Part shown: in pieces, positions 30,591 through 40,840 of the stretch
Layout of the letters: the number at the start of each line of letters is the position of its first letter
How positions within the stretch are numbered: the stretch's first letter is position 1
Assembly (NCBI GenBank): GCA_041571435.1
Contig: JBFFUI010000012.1
Location: forward strand, 1-52,042
From: Sulfurimonadaceae bacterium
GTDB lineage: Bacteria > Campylobacterota > Campylobacteria > Campylobacterales > Sulfurimonadaceae
DNA length: 52,042 bases
Direction of reading: 5' to 3'
Position numbers and translations under genes: made by a program
Notes under the pieces: model-generated
What the model was told of the DNA's origin: nothing
Databases searched by the model: none
What the model saw: only the letters and a program-made list of their open reading frames with translations

Positions 30591-31751
30591 CTAAAGAGTC
30601 CAAGGCCTTTTAAAAGCGATGTAAAGGAGAAGTAGGGCAACCGTTCCGGCAAATGAAAAGAGCAGCGCACTGTCGGCGCCGTAATGTTCCCAGACTATGC
30701 CCCAAAGGTAGGCGCCCACAGCGGCAAAAAAGGCAACCGCTGCATAGAAGATGCCGTAGACAGAGCCTCTGTTTTCAGCATTGGTGGCGATATAGGCACG
30801 ATTCGCATTGAGCGAAGCGACCGTAAAAAGTCCTAAAAAAGCGTAAGCAAACCATGTCGCAAGCGGTATCTGCAGGTACAAAAGGGCCTGAGCGGCAGCG
30901 CCGCTTATGTAGGTATAGAGCATCACCCTGCTGACACCGATCCTGTCGATCCAAAGGCCTATAACATAGCTAGATGCCGATTGGACAGCGGTTGAGACAA
31001 CAAAAAGAAGCGGTATCACGGCTATAGTGATGCCGACCTCTTTGGCCTGCATGGTAAAAAAGATTTCGTTGAACATAAACAGTACGAAGAGAAAGTAGAG
31101 TATGAGGTTTTTGACGACGTTCCAGTCCCGGCGGGTAAGGCTAAACGACAGCCTGCGCTCTTGCGCATATTTGTGAATGTCACGAACAAAGAAGAGCATG
31201 ATGAAGAGCCCAATCGCTCCGGGGAGAAGCGTGGCGAAAAAGATGTTGCGTATCACCGATTCGCTTTGTCCGAAGTAATAGAGCAGGGCAAACAGCAGCA
31301 AAGATCCGCTTAACTCACCGGAGATATCGAGCATTTTGTGAAAGCCGAAGGTCATGCCTGAAGCATTCTTTGTGCTATAGGTCGCAATCATGACATCCTT
31401 GGGCGCGGAACGCATGCCTTTGCCAAAACGCTCAAATGATTTGAGTGTCGTAACCCTCCCAGATAGCTCTCTGTAAAGCCGAGCAGAGGCTTTGTAATGG
31501 CGGAGAGTGCGTAGCCGCCGACGACAAAGGGTTTGACAATACCGTATCGGTCGCTCAGATAGCCTGAGATAAAACGCATGATGTATGAGACGAAGGTGGC
31601 AACAGCGACTATGACCCCGAGCTTGTCCATTCCCTCATGCAGTATCACGACGACAAAAATCGGCAAAATTAGGGTTGACCATTGCACTGGCCATATCGGT
31701 AAAGTAACTGACCCATCCCAGCATCAACACGTTTTTATCGATTGTCTTCAT
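30591..31751 (-). pseudogene. MFS transporter interrupted by two frameshifts (near 31670 and 31465)
   Basis: MKTIDKNVLMLGWVSYFTDMASAMVNP, ILPIF..SGYLSDRYG..TKPL and KSFERFGKGMRSAPKD are read in three successive frames. Confidence 0.8.
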
Positions 31752-31800
31752 CTCAGCTTTTTGATCCTGTTACTTCTAACTATCTTACTGATATACAGCG

Positions 31801-33078
31801 CTATTTTTGTTGCCACCGTCTTATCTTATGTCCCTTTAGGGCATAAAAGAGGATAAAGAGATAGCAGGGAATCGTGATGACGTAGGCGAACTGCATATCG
31901 CCGCCGAGTTCCGTTGCCTGACCAAAGACCAGTGGCAAAAGTGCCCCGCCTGCGATGCTCATAATAAGCAGCGCGCTTCCCTGTGCCGTGAATCTGCCGA
32001 GTCCCTCCAGTGCCAGCGGCCAAAGAGTCGGCCAAACCAGCGCATGGGAGAGTCCGAGGATAGCAACTAACGCTACCGGGTCGGGGATGGTCGCAATCCC
32101 GCTCCAGCCCCACAGCAGACGCGATATAGCATCGCTCTGATCAGAGCTGAAAAGGAGGGCGGTGATGGTCAGTAACCCGCCGATGGCCGAGTAGGTGAGT
32201 GCCTTCTCCTGCGAGAGGTATCTGGGAATACCGAAGACACCGATAAGATAGCCCAGAACCATAAAGACCATCGTATAGGAGGTCAGTGCGGTGTAGTTGT
32301 CGACACCTAGATGCTGGCCGAAGAGGCCGATCGTGTCGCCGGCAACGACTTCGACACCGACATAGAAAAAGAGGGCGATCGCACCTAGAATGATCTGTGG
32401 ATAGTGGAAAATATTGGTTCGCTCTTCATCATCATGTGTATCAAATTCGATCTCAGGAAGTGAAGAGAAGAGCACCAAAAGGATAAGGCCGGCCAGGATG
32501 GCGGCCATGATCAGATAGGGCATGATCAGCTTGTTGGCCAGGGTTTCCAGTTCGGCACTGTTCAATGTCTCAGCCGAGCCCAAGTCGCTGAAGATCAGTG
32601 CCGTAAAGACGAGCGGTGCCAAAATGCCCGCACTTTTGTTGATGAGCCCCATAATACTGATGCGCATGGCGGCACTTTCCGTGGGACCGACAAGGACGAT
32701 GTAGGGGTTTGACGCCGTCTGCAGGATGGTAAGACCGGTCCCCAACGTAAAGAGGGCAGCTAAAAAGACGAGGTAGTTGGCACTCAACGCGGCAGGAATG
32801 AAGAGTAGGGCGCCGATCGCCATGATGCCGAGTCCGATCGCCATGCCGTTCTTATAGCCGCTTTTTGAGAGAATAAACGACATCGGGTAGGCCATGGTTG
32901 TATAGGCGATGTAGAAGGCAAAGGTGACCAGAAGTGCCTGAACGTTGTTAAGGTCACAGATGAGTTTTAAAAAGGGGATCAGTGAACCGTTAAGCCAGGT
33001 GACAAAGCCGAAGATAAAGAAAAGAATACCGATGATCATCATCGGTAACAGACTGGAATGTTTGGTATTTTCGTGCAT
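31801..33078 (-). CDS. Sugar MFS transporter (GluP/FucP/NagP family)
   Basis: LFFIFGFVTWLNG, LQTASNPY, FFYVGVEV, IAGGALLP. Confidence 0.9.
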   Translation of the reverse strand: MHENTKHSSLLPMMIIGILFFIFGFVTWLNGSLIPFLKLICDLNNVQALLVTFAFYIAYTTMAYPMSFILSKSGYKNGMAIGLGIMAIGALLFIPAALSANYLVFLAALFTLGTGLTILQTASNPYIVLVGPTESAAMRISIMGLINKSAGILAPLVFTALIFSDLGSAETLNSAELETLANKLIMPYLIMAAILAGLILLVLFSSLPEIEFDTHDDEERTNIFHYPQIILGAIALFFYVGVEVVAGDTIGLFGQHLGVDNYTALTSYTMVFMVLGYLIGVFGIPRYLSQEKALTYSAIGGLLTITALLFSSDQSDAISRLLWGWSGIATIPDPVALVAILGLSHALVWPTLWPLALEGLGRFTAQGSALLIMSIAGGALLPLVFGQATELGGDMQFAYVITIPCYLFILFYALKGHKIRRWQQK

Positions 33079-33084
33079 ACGGTC

Positions 33085-33918
33085 TCACTTCATTTTGGAT
33101 TTCAGGTAGTGCGCTACGGCATCTTCATCATTGCTGTGGGGCAGGACGGTCTTGGCGACGGCTTTGGTCTCGTCGAGGGCATTAGCAACAGCGGCCGACA
33201 TGCCGGCGAGTTTGAACATGCCGATATCATTGATGCTGTCGCCGAAGACCGTCACGTCATCGAGCGGCCGGCCGAGATAGTCGCAGACTTTCTGCAGGGC
33301 ATGTGCCTTGTCCCCGAGCGGATGGACGATGGTCAGGAAGTAGTCACCGGTGTAGTTCTCGGGCGACAGTTTAAAATGGAACGTGTCGCCATAGATGGAC
33401 TGAAGATGTGCGGTCAGTGCGACAAGGCGTTCTTTATCCGCCATGTAGACGACCTTGAAGGTCTGCTCTTTTGCGACAATCTTTTCAAACTCCACCAGCC
33501 TGGCGTCGTCACGGTAGTTAAGCAGCACTTTTGACTGGGTAGGCGTCTGGGTAAGTGGAAAGTCGAAACTCTCGTCGAGGTTGTCGTTTTTCAGCCCGAT
33601 GACAAAGGGGTGGATGTTGTCAAAGCGTATGGCTTCGGCAATAAGGTCGTTGGCGGCTGCCGTGTCTAGAAACTTGGCGTCAATGATCTTTCTCTCCGCA
33701 GTTGCGATCAGGGTGCCGTCAAGCAAGATCATGGGTGCGTTCAAGGTGAGCCCCGGCAGCATTTTCATTGCGGCATAAAAACTACGGGCAGTGGCAACCG
33801 AGAGGGTCGACTCTTTGGCTTTGGCATTCCAGATCTTTTTTGAGAAGTCACTGACGCTCAGGTCGCTTCGTAAAAAGGTGTGGTCGAGGTCGGTGATGTA
33901 GATCTTATTCATTGGCAT
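33085..33918 (-). CDS. Cof-type HAD hydrolase (subfamily IIB)
   Basis: DLDHT, ATAR, DK, FGDSIND, AVANA. Confidence 0.9.
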   Translation of the reverse strand: MPMNKIYITDLDHTFLRSDLSVSDFSKKIWNAKAKESTLSVATARSFYAAMKMLPGLTLNAPMILLDGTLIATAERKIIDAKFLDTAAANDLIAEAIRFDNIHPFVIGLKNDNLDESFDFPLTQTPTQSKVLLNYRDDARLVEFEKIVAKEQTFKVVYMADKERLVALTAHLQSIYGDTFHFKLSPENYTGDYFLTIVHPLGDKAHALQKVCDYLGRPLDDVTVFGDSINDIGMFKLAGMSAAVANALDETKAVAKTVLPHSNDEDAVAHYLKSKMK

Positions 33919-33923
33919 TAAAC

Positions 33924-34469
33924 CTATTGCGCCGAATTGATAGCAAGCTGTGCCATCTTTTTAAAATAGGCTGGCGTATTTTCACCGGCATCAAGCGATT
34001 TTTGAAGTTCTTCAATAAAGTAGGCTTTGGTGCGTTCATCCGCCATGTTGAAGGTGTAAAGAACCCACTCGGCATTAAGATGCAGCGGCTCGCCGGATTG
34101 TTTAATCTCAAAGGTGCGGTAGAGGTTGATGTCTGTTTGAGCAAGCAGTGCCAGTACATCACTATAAAAAGCATTGATCTCATAGCTAAGTAGCTCCTGT
34201 AGCTGAAGAGCAGGAACTGTGGCATCACTCTCTTCCATACCGATTCTCCCGATGATGAGCGCATCACCGATAATGAGCTGTTCGCCCAGGAAAAAGGGTG
34301 TTTTCTCTTCAGAGAGGGCATTGGCGTCGGAAAAGATCGTATGTTGGTTGAGTGATGCAAGCTCATCGATCAGAATGGAGTTGAAAAAGCTGTAGACGGT
34401 GTTGGCTTTCATCTCAATATCGATCTCTTCGATCTGTCTGGTTGCCGGGTTTATTGCTAATGCTTTCAA
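33924..34469 (-). CDS. Conserved hypothetical protein
   Basis: Probable TTG start at 34469 with AGGA upstream; first gene of a - strand run with the HAD and MFS genes. Confidence 0.65.
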   Translation of the reverse strand: MKALAINPATRQIEEIDIEMKANTVYSFFNSILIDELASLNQHTIFSDANALSEEKTPFFLGEQLIIGDALIIGRIGMEESDATVPALQLQELLSYEINAFYSDVLALLAQTDINLYRTFEIKQSGEPLHLNAEWVLYTFNMADERTKAYFIEELQKSLDAGENTPAYFKKMAQLAINSAQ

Positions 34470-34564
34470 GTCATACGGTCCTAAAATTTTTACTGTACTG
34501 AATAATAGCAATATATTATAAAATAGGTATAATAAACCCAATTTGTATGGCATATAGGAGTGTT

Positions 34565-35914
34565 ATGGAAGCGGTATATTCGATGATCGGGGCAGTTAAC
34601 GGTTTTGTTTGGGGGCCGGTCATGCTGGTACTTATTTTGGGTACGGGTCTTTACCTCACACTGGGACTCCGTTTCTTACCGGTCCGTCATATACCGGACG
34701 GTTTCAGACTCATCTGGAAGGGGCGAAAAGAGGATAAAGAAGAAGGTGAGATATCGCCGTTTAACGCCTTGATGACCTCTCTCTCGGCGACCATAGGTAC
34801 CGGTAATATCGCCGGTGTGGCAACCGCCATCTTTATGGGTGGTCCGGGGGCGATGTTCTGGATGTGGGTCGCAGCCCTGCTGGGTATGGCAACCAAATAT
34901 GCCGAGGCGGTGCTGGCTGTCAATTACCGCGAAACGGATGAAGACGGCAACCATGTCGGCGGACCGATGTACTACATCAAGAACGGTCTGGGTGAGAAGT
35001 GGAAATGGCTGGGCTTTCTCTTCGCCCTCTTTGCCTCCATTGCCGGTTTCGGGATCGGAAACACCATCCAGGCAAACTCGGTCGCGGACGTCATGCACTC
35101 CTCTTTCGGCATCCCCGAACTCTACAGCGGGATATTGCTGGCAGTTTTGGTCGGTCTGGTGCTTATAGGCGGGATTAGACGTATTGCCCATGTCGCGGGT
35201 GGTGTGGTTCCTTTCATGGCCATTGCGTATGTTCTTGGCGGCGTTGTGATCATCTTCGTCAACATTTCTGCCATTCCTTCCGCTATCGAAACAATTATCG
35301 TTTCTGCCTTTACCCCTACCGCAGCCATGGGCGGTTTTGCCGGTGCATCCGTCTGGGCGGCGCTGCAGTTCGGCGTGGCGCGCGGTATCTTTTCCAATGA
35401 AGCCGGTCTCGGTTCGGCCCCTATCGCCCATGCCGCCGCCAAGACAGACTCCCCTGTCCGCCAGGGCCTTGTCGCGATGATGGGAACCTTTATCGACACC
35501 ATTATCATCTGCAGTATCACCGGGCTGGCGATCGTCGTGACCGGTGCCTACACTTCGGGTGAGAGCGGGGCGGCCTTGTCGATGCTTGCTTTTTCAAAAG
35601 CGCTCCCTTTCGTCGGCGAATATGTGGTGACACTGGGTCTCATTGTCTTTGCCTTTACCACACTGGTCGGGTGGAGCTTCTACGGCGAGAAAAGCGTCTA
35701 TTTCATCTTCGGTCACAGGGCGATCGTGCCGTTTCGTCTGCTGTGGGTCCTTGTCATTCCCTTGGGTGCGATGATGGATCTCAAGTTCATCTGGCTCATG
35801 GCCGACACACTTAACGCACTCATGGCGGTACCGAACCTTATCGCGATCCTGCTGCTCAGCCCGGTCATCTTTATGCTGACCAAAGAGTATTTTCTGAAAA
35901 AAGAAAAAAGTTAG
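34565..35914 (+). CDS. Alanine/glycine:cation symporter (AGCS, AlsT-like)
   Basis: IGTGNIAGVATAI, GGPMYYI, RGIFSNEAGLGS; SD AGGAG before ATG 34565. Confidence 0.93.
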   Translation: MEAVYSMIGAVNGFVWGPVMLVLILGTGLYLTLGLRFLPVRHIPDGFRLIWKGRKEDKEEGEISPFNALMTSLSATIGTGNIAGVATAIFMGGPGAMFWMWVAALLGMATKYAEAVLAVNYRETDEDGNHVGGPMYYIKNGLGEKWKWLGFLFALFASIAGFGIGNTIQANSVADVMHSSFGIPELYSGILLAVLVGLVLIGGIRRIAHVAGGVVPFMAIAYVLGGVVIIFVNISAIPSAIETIIVSAFTPTAAMGGFAGASVWAALQFGVARGIFSNEAGLGSAPIAHAAAKTDSPVRQGLVAMMGTFIDTIIICSITGLAIVVTGAYTSGESGAALSMLAFSKALPFVGEYVVTLGLIVFAFTTLVGWSFYGEKSVYFIFGHRAIVPFRLLWVLVIPLGAMMDLKFIWLMADTLNALMAVPNLIAILLLSPVIFMLTKEYFLKKEKS

Positions 35915-35995
35915 ACCTTTAAGGTCGGTGCTTTAGTGACCCCTTTATTGTAGATAGAATATAATTGCCGTAACTAAACGCACTAAAGGTCTCTT

Positions 35996-38900
35996 ATGAA
36001 ATGGCTTGCCATCCTCCTCTCTATCTTACTTGTACTCTCTATTACCCTTTACACGCTGCTCTTTACCCCATTTGGCAACGGCCTGCTTAAGCCGGTTATT
36101 GAGGGGAGACTTAATGCTGCGTTGCAGACGGAGGCCGTTGTCGAGACCTTTGTACTTGATACCGGCAATTTTGAGATCGTCATCGCATTGACACCCGCCA
36201 ACACGGTGCGTGCATCGGGAAGCTACTCTCTCTTTTCGCGTTCCGTTGATGCGGTCTACAATGTTGCTTTTGAGAAGATGAGCGAGCTAGAAGCGCTTCT
36301 GGAGAGAGAGTCCCGCGGTCAGATCCATATCAGCGGTACCGTCAAAGGCGATGCCGATGCGATGGCCATCACCGGTGACAGCGACATCGCTTCTTCAAAG
36401 ACTCATTATGATCTGATCCTCAAAGCCTTCAATCCTGCCGAGGTCAGTGCAACGATCAAGAATGCAAAGCTCAATGAACTGCTTGCTCTTGCGGGCGAAA
36501 AGGCCTACGCCGATGCCGTTGTTTCGTTAGTAACCGACATCAAAGGCATTGATGTGCAGGAGCTTGATGGCAAGAGCGTACTGCTTGTCAAAAACGGCAG
36601 AATCGACAGAATCTTGATGCGCAAAGATTTCAACGTGACACTGCCGAAGACGGTTTTCGATGCAAAGGTCATTTCCAATCTCAATGGCAAGACGGTCGTT
36701 TACGACGCTGCCGTCAACTCCAATCTTCTTACGTTCGATTCAAAGGGGAACGTCGTCGTTGCACCGCTTGGCATGGACCTTGGTTATGCACTTAACGTAA
36801 AGGAACTTGCCCTACTGCGTCCGTTGAGCGGTGCACCGCTGCGCGGCGCGTTTGCGACAAAGGGGAGCGTCAAAGGCGATGAATCGGCGCTCAGGATCAC
36901 CGGGACAAGCGATATCGCCGGAAGCGACAGCCGTTATGACGTGACACTTGCCGAGTTCAAACCTTTCAAGGTACTTGCAAAGGTCAACCATGCCAGCCTC
37001 TCCAAACTGCTCTATATGGCGGGTGAAGAGCAGTATGCCGACGGTAATGTCAATCTTGACGTGGACCTCACCGATCTTGATCCTAAACATCTTCAGGGTA
37101 GGGCGACGCTTGATGTCGGCAAGGGCAGGATATTTCCGAAGCTGATGCATAAAGCCTACGGTATAACCGTGCCAAAAAGTGGCTTCACTACCCGTTTCAA
37201 TGCTGATCTAAAAGGTGAAGCGATCGACTACGGCCTCGTCTTGCGTTCAAACCTCGCTACAATTGACTCAAAAGGCTCCTTTGCTCCTGACACGCTGGAA
37301 AGTGACATCACGTATGATCTGAACATCAAAGAGCTGGCGCTTTTCAGACCACTGACAAATACACCACTTCGAGGTCCATTGTCGACAAATGGTCAGATTA
37401 AAGGGGACAGGAAAACGATGCGGATCGAGGGGCGGTCGGATATTGCGGCGAGCGAGACCCGTTATGACGTCTCTCTTAAAGAGATGCAGCTTGAGAAGCT
37501 GCAGGCAACGATCAAAAATGCCCGCCTTGAAAAACTGATCTATATGTCAGGTCAACCCGGCTTTGCCAGCGGTGTTTTGAATGTCGATCTGCATCTTGAC
37601 GGCCTCGATCCCGATGACATGAAAGGAAACGTAAACGTGGCGATTACAGAGGCCCTGTTTAATGAGAAGGTGCTTAGAGAAGCCTACAAGGTGAACCTGC
37701 CCAAGACAGCATTCTCAAGTGACCTCTCGGCAGAGCTTAAAGGCAGAGAGATCGCCTACGCGGCTGCGTTTGCCTCGAAGCTTGCAAAGATCGATTCAAA
37801 AGGTCGTCTGGAGCCCAAAAGTATGGCGATGGACCTTGATCTGCAGCTTGCCATAGCGAAGCTTGAGCTTCTAAAACCGGTTACCGGTGCACCGCTGCGC
37901 GGGCCATTGGCACTTTCAGCGACTGCGAAGGGCGATAAAAAATCACTGAAGGTGAGCGGCAAGGCCAAGATAGCTGGTGCGGACGCCGATTTTACTGCCG
38001 GACTTGAATCGTTCTCACCACGCAGTGTTAAAGCCAAAGTTGCCGATCTGCAGCTTTCCAAACTCCTCTACATGGTCGGACAGCCCAATTATGCGCAGGG
38101 GCTTATCAACATAGATGCCGATATAGACGATGCCCGCCCAGGCAGATTCTCCGGCAACGTCAAGACCACCGTGAGCAAAGGAGAGGTCAATACCAAAACG
38201 GTTGAAAAAGCGTTTGCATTTACGAAGATGCCGACAACGACTTTTAGTATTAAAACGGTCTCTCATCTATCGAAAGACTTTATTGATACAAAGGTGAACG
38301 TGGAATCCACACTTGCAAACCTGAACGTAGAACGGGCTCGCTTCGATGTCAAAAAAGTATCGCTTCATGCGGACTATTTGGCAGATGTGCCGGACCTGGA
38401 CAGACTCTATTTTGCGACAGAGCGCCATCTGAAAGGTTCGCTGAAAGCAACCGGCGAGCTCTCAAAGACGAAGGACCTTGACTTTACCGCCCATACCAAA
38501 TTGTTCGGCGGCACCGTCGATGCCAAACTGCACAATGACGACCTGCATGCCGATATGAAAAAGCTCAACACGCTCGGCATCCTCAAAATGATCATCTATC
38601 CGGAGGTCTTTGACTCGACGCTCGACGGCAGACTCGATTACAATCTCGCGAAAAAGAGCGGGACCTTCCATGCAAAGACAACCGATGGCCGTTTTACCCG
38701 AAACGTCATGCTCGATCTTGTCAAACAGTACGGACGGACGGACCTCTATAAAGAGAACTTCGTTTCGACATTCGACAGTCGCATCAAAGAGGAGCATATC
38801 CGTACCGATCTCGTTATGCGTTCCAACAAGTCTTCGATCATCGGCAAAAACGTCTATCTGAACTCGCAGACAAAGCAGGTCGATGCAAAACTTGACATCA

Positions 38901-39046
38901 ATGCCAACAACAACCCGCTTAAAGTCGAGCTCAAAGGACGTGTCGACCAGCCGAAAGTCAAGGTCGACGCCTCAAAACTGATCGAAAAAGAGATCAAGAA
39001 AGAGGCGGGCAAACAGATCAACAAGCTGCTCAAGGGACTTTTTTAG
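35996..39046 (+). CDS. Large periplasmic beta-rich repeat protein (AsmA/TamB-like)
   Basis: N-terminal TM anchor, four 176-aa repeats, C-terminal amphipathic helix. Confidence 0.65.
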   Translation: MKWLAILLSILLVLSITLYTLLFTPFGNGLLKPVIEGRLNAALQTEAVVETFVLDTGNFEIVIALTPANTVRASGSYSLFSRSVDAVYNVAFEKMSELEALLERESRGQIHISGTVKGDADAMAITGDSDIASSKTHYDLILKAFNPAEVSATIKNAKLNELLALAGEKAYADAVVSLVTDIKGIDVQELDGKSVLLVKNGRIDRILMRKDFNVTLPKTVFDAKVISNLNGKTVVYDAAVNSNLLTFDSKGNVVVAPLGMDLGYALNVKELALLRPLSGAPLRGAFATKGSVKGDESALRITGTSDIAGSDSRYDVTLAEFKPFKVLAKVNHASLSKLLYMAGEEQYADGNVNLDVDLTDLDPKHLQGRATLDVGKGRIFPKLMHKAYGITVPKSGFTTRFNADLKGEAIDYGLVLRSNLATIDSKGSFAPDTLESDITYDLNIKELALFRPLTNTPLRGPLSTNGQIKGDRKTMRIEGRSDIAASETRYDVSLKEMQLEKLQATIKNARLEKLIYMSGQPGFASGVLNVDLHLDGLDPDDMKGNVNVAITEALFNEKVLREAYKVNLPKTAFSSDLSAELKGREIAYAAAFASKLAKIDSKGRLEPKSMAMDLDLQLAIAKLELLKPVTGAPLRGPLALSATAKGDKKSLKVSGKAKIAGADADFTAGLESFSPRSVKAKVADLQLSKLLYMVGQPNYAQGLINIDADIDDARPGRFSGNVKTTVSKGEVNTKTVEKAFAFTKMPTTTFSIKTVSHLSKDFIDTKVNVESTLANLNVERARFDVKKVSLHADYLADVPDLDRLYFATERHLKGSLKATGELSKTKDLDFTAHTKLFGGTVDAKLHNDDLHADMKKLNTLGILKMIIYPEVFDSTLDGRLDYNLAKKSGTFHAKTTDGRFTRNVMLDLVKQYGRTDLYKENFVSTFDSRIKEEHIRTDLVMRSNKSSIIGKNVYLNSQTKQVDAKLDINANNNPLKVELKGRVDQPKVKVDASKLIEKEIKKEAGKQINKLLKGLF
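36374..38485 (+). repeat. Four intragenic 528-bp (176-aa) tandem units
   Basis: Equivalent motifs GDSDIA / GTSDIA / GRSDIA / GKAKIA start at 36374, 36902, 37430 and 37958. Confidence 0.85.
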
Positions 39047-39190
39047 CAAAACGTTTCACTGACTGTTTTGTTCCGGTGCTTTGGAAGAAGATAGTTAAAG
39101 TTTCCTTGTGTAATTATTTACACGGTTGCGACAATTTTATTAGAGGAAAAAATTGTTATCATTCCACCAACAAAACGATGGAGATCGGTA

Positions 39191-39655
39191 ATGAATGACA
39201 ATGAGAAACTGATAGAAGAGGCATGTGCAATCTGGCATGCCTGGTTTGATGACAGTGACGAGCATGACTACTCCGAAAAAGAGCCTTCGGACATCGAGTA
39301 CTTCATAGGCTGCATGCTCTATAACCAGTTTGCTTTTGAAAAAGCGATCAGTACGATGAAAGAGATGGACATCGGCCTGGACTTTTTGGATGCGACCGGC
39401 GCAAGTTACGGCGACGTGAAGGCACTGTTGACACAGATCGAGGTCAAAGACGACTTCGAAGCGATCGACCTGCTGCAAAGCCACATCCGCAGAGCGATAA
39501 AACGCTATGAGGGAGACCGTATGGCGCTCTACCTTATAAACCGTTTGGCCGGCCACATCAATACACTGGAGCAGATCTACAAAGGCAAGGTAGATAGACG
39601 CGATGTGGATTTTGAAAAGTTGGCTAACAAAACCAACATCTATAAAGGGCTGTAG
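39191..39655 (+). CDS. Hypothetical protein (acidic, probably helical)
   Basis: 154-aa ORF, SD GGAG, first gene of a tight operon. Confidence 0.75.
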   Translation: MNDNEKLIEEACAIWHAWFDDSDEHDYSEKEPSDIEYFIGCMLYNQFAFEKAISTMKEMDIGLDFLDATGASYGDVKALLTQIEVKDDFEAIDLLQSHIRRAIKRYEGDRMALYLINRLAGHINTLEQIYKGKVDRRDVDFEKLANKTNIYKGL

Positions 39656-40251
39656 TGTTACATCCAAATTCCGAACTGCCGCAAAACCTGCAGGACCTGG
39701 CCAAAAGCCTCTCTTTTGTACAGGCCGTACCGTTGGGAATGATGCAGGGCATACCGTTTTTAGCCATGCGGCTTTCTACCGAGAGCGACGTGGACCTGGC
39801 GGGCAACAGCATTACCTGCGAATTTAAACCCTCTGTCTTTAATGTCCAGTTTAAAGGCGAGAACATCGCTCTGTGCATCGTGCAGTTTCGTCTTAACGGT
39901 TCAAACAGACAGATCTATACGGTCAGTTACGATCTCAAAAACGACACGCAGTACAGTGACTGCTTTGAGCTGTTGGCGATGAAACAGTACGGCCTGTTGC
40001 TCATGACGGACAACGGCCATGACTTTATGCAGTTTGACACCAATGTAAAGTTGGACTTTGAGCCTCAGACGATGATCCACGGGGCAAGAGAGCTGGCGAC
40101 GGATTATGACCCGGTGCTCTGCCAGGAGGTTATCTATGCCCTTACGACGCAGGGCGAAACACCCGCTGATCTGTGGGCATTTCTCGAGCAGATGGCGCCG
40201 TTTGAAAAGAGCTGGTACGGCGGTATGCAGCTCGGTGCCACGAAAGTGTAA
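39655..40251 (+). CDS. Hypothetical protein
   Basis: 198-aa ORF with 1-nt overlaps to both neighbours. Confidence 0.75.
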   Translation: MLHPNSELPQNLQDLAKSLSFVQAVPLGMMQGIPFLAMRLSTESDVDLAGNSITCEFKPSVFNVQFKGENIALCIVQFRLNGSNRQIYTVSYDLKNDTQYSDCFELLAMKQYGLLLMTDNGHDFMQFDTNVKLDFEPQTMIHGARELATDYDPVLCQEVIYALTTQGETPADLWAFLEQMAPFEKSWYGGMQLGATKV

Positions 40252-40838
40252 TGGCTTTTTTTACCAAGTTTTTCAAATCCGGTAAAACGGCAGTGCAGAA
40301 CAGTTTTGTCAAGATGCCGATCTTTCACGAAACGCTCGCCTTTCCTCTGCCGGACAGCTGGTCTGTTGAACCGGTATTCAGGTCGATCGAGGGCGGCACC
40401 TTTGTGGTTGAATTTGCCGGCGCGGGAGAGACACAAGAACAGTGGCATGACAAGCTGATCGTGCAGGCCTTCAACAACGCCAATGACGATGTCGATTTGA
40501 ATGCACGCAAACTGCTGAAGATGATGCAAAATGAGATGGCAGCGCTGAACGAAACGGCGTTTTACAGCGAAGAGCTTTTTTCAGAGACAACCGTTTCAAG
40601 GCAGAAGCTGGCTGTCGTGATGGGGTTGAAAAAGCTGCCCGGCGACGAAACCCAATCACAGTTCGGCCTCTACATGATCCTGGAAGGCCAACACGACATC
40701 TATATCGTGCAGCGCGCATGGAAAGGCAGACCTGACCACGATGGGTTCCCCATGGCGCGTGAGGAGTTGACAGCATGGCTGAAAGATTTTAAACAGATCG
40801 CTCTTTCAGCCACGGTGCCGATGGAGCAAGAGCAGTAG
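40251..40838 (+). CDS. Hypothetical protein, possibly PsbP/Mog1/DcrB-like fold
   Basis: LPDSW ... EF...GET.EQW...LIVQAF pattern; fold call is tentative. Confidence 0.6.
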   Translation: MAFFTKFFKSGKTAVQNSFVKMPIFHETLAFPLPDSWSVEPVFRSIEGGTFVVEFAGAGETQEQWHDKLIVQAFNNANDDVDLNARKLLKMMQNEMAALNETAFYSEELFSETTVSRQKLAVVMGLKKLPGDETQSQFGLYMILEGQHDIYIVQRAWKGRPDHDGFPMAREELTAWLKDFKQIALSATVPMEQEQ

Positions 40839-40840
40839 AG

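Noticed and set aside
29500-30600. Na:Ca antiporter gene as another cassette (GTTGTAA shortly upstream)
   Set aside because: No inverse core or attC hairpin follows the gene.
34470-34564. Glycine riboswitch expected before an AGCS symporter
   Set aside because: The intergenic region is under 100 nt, AT-rich, and lacks GGAGA/CTCTCAGG aptamer motifs.
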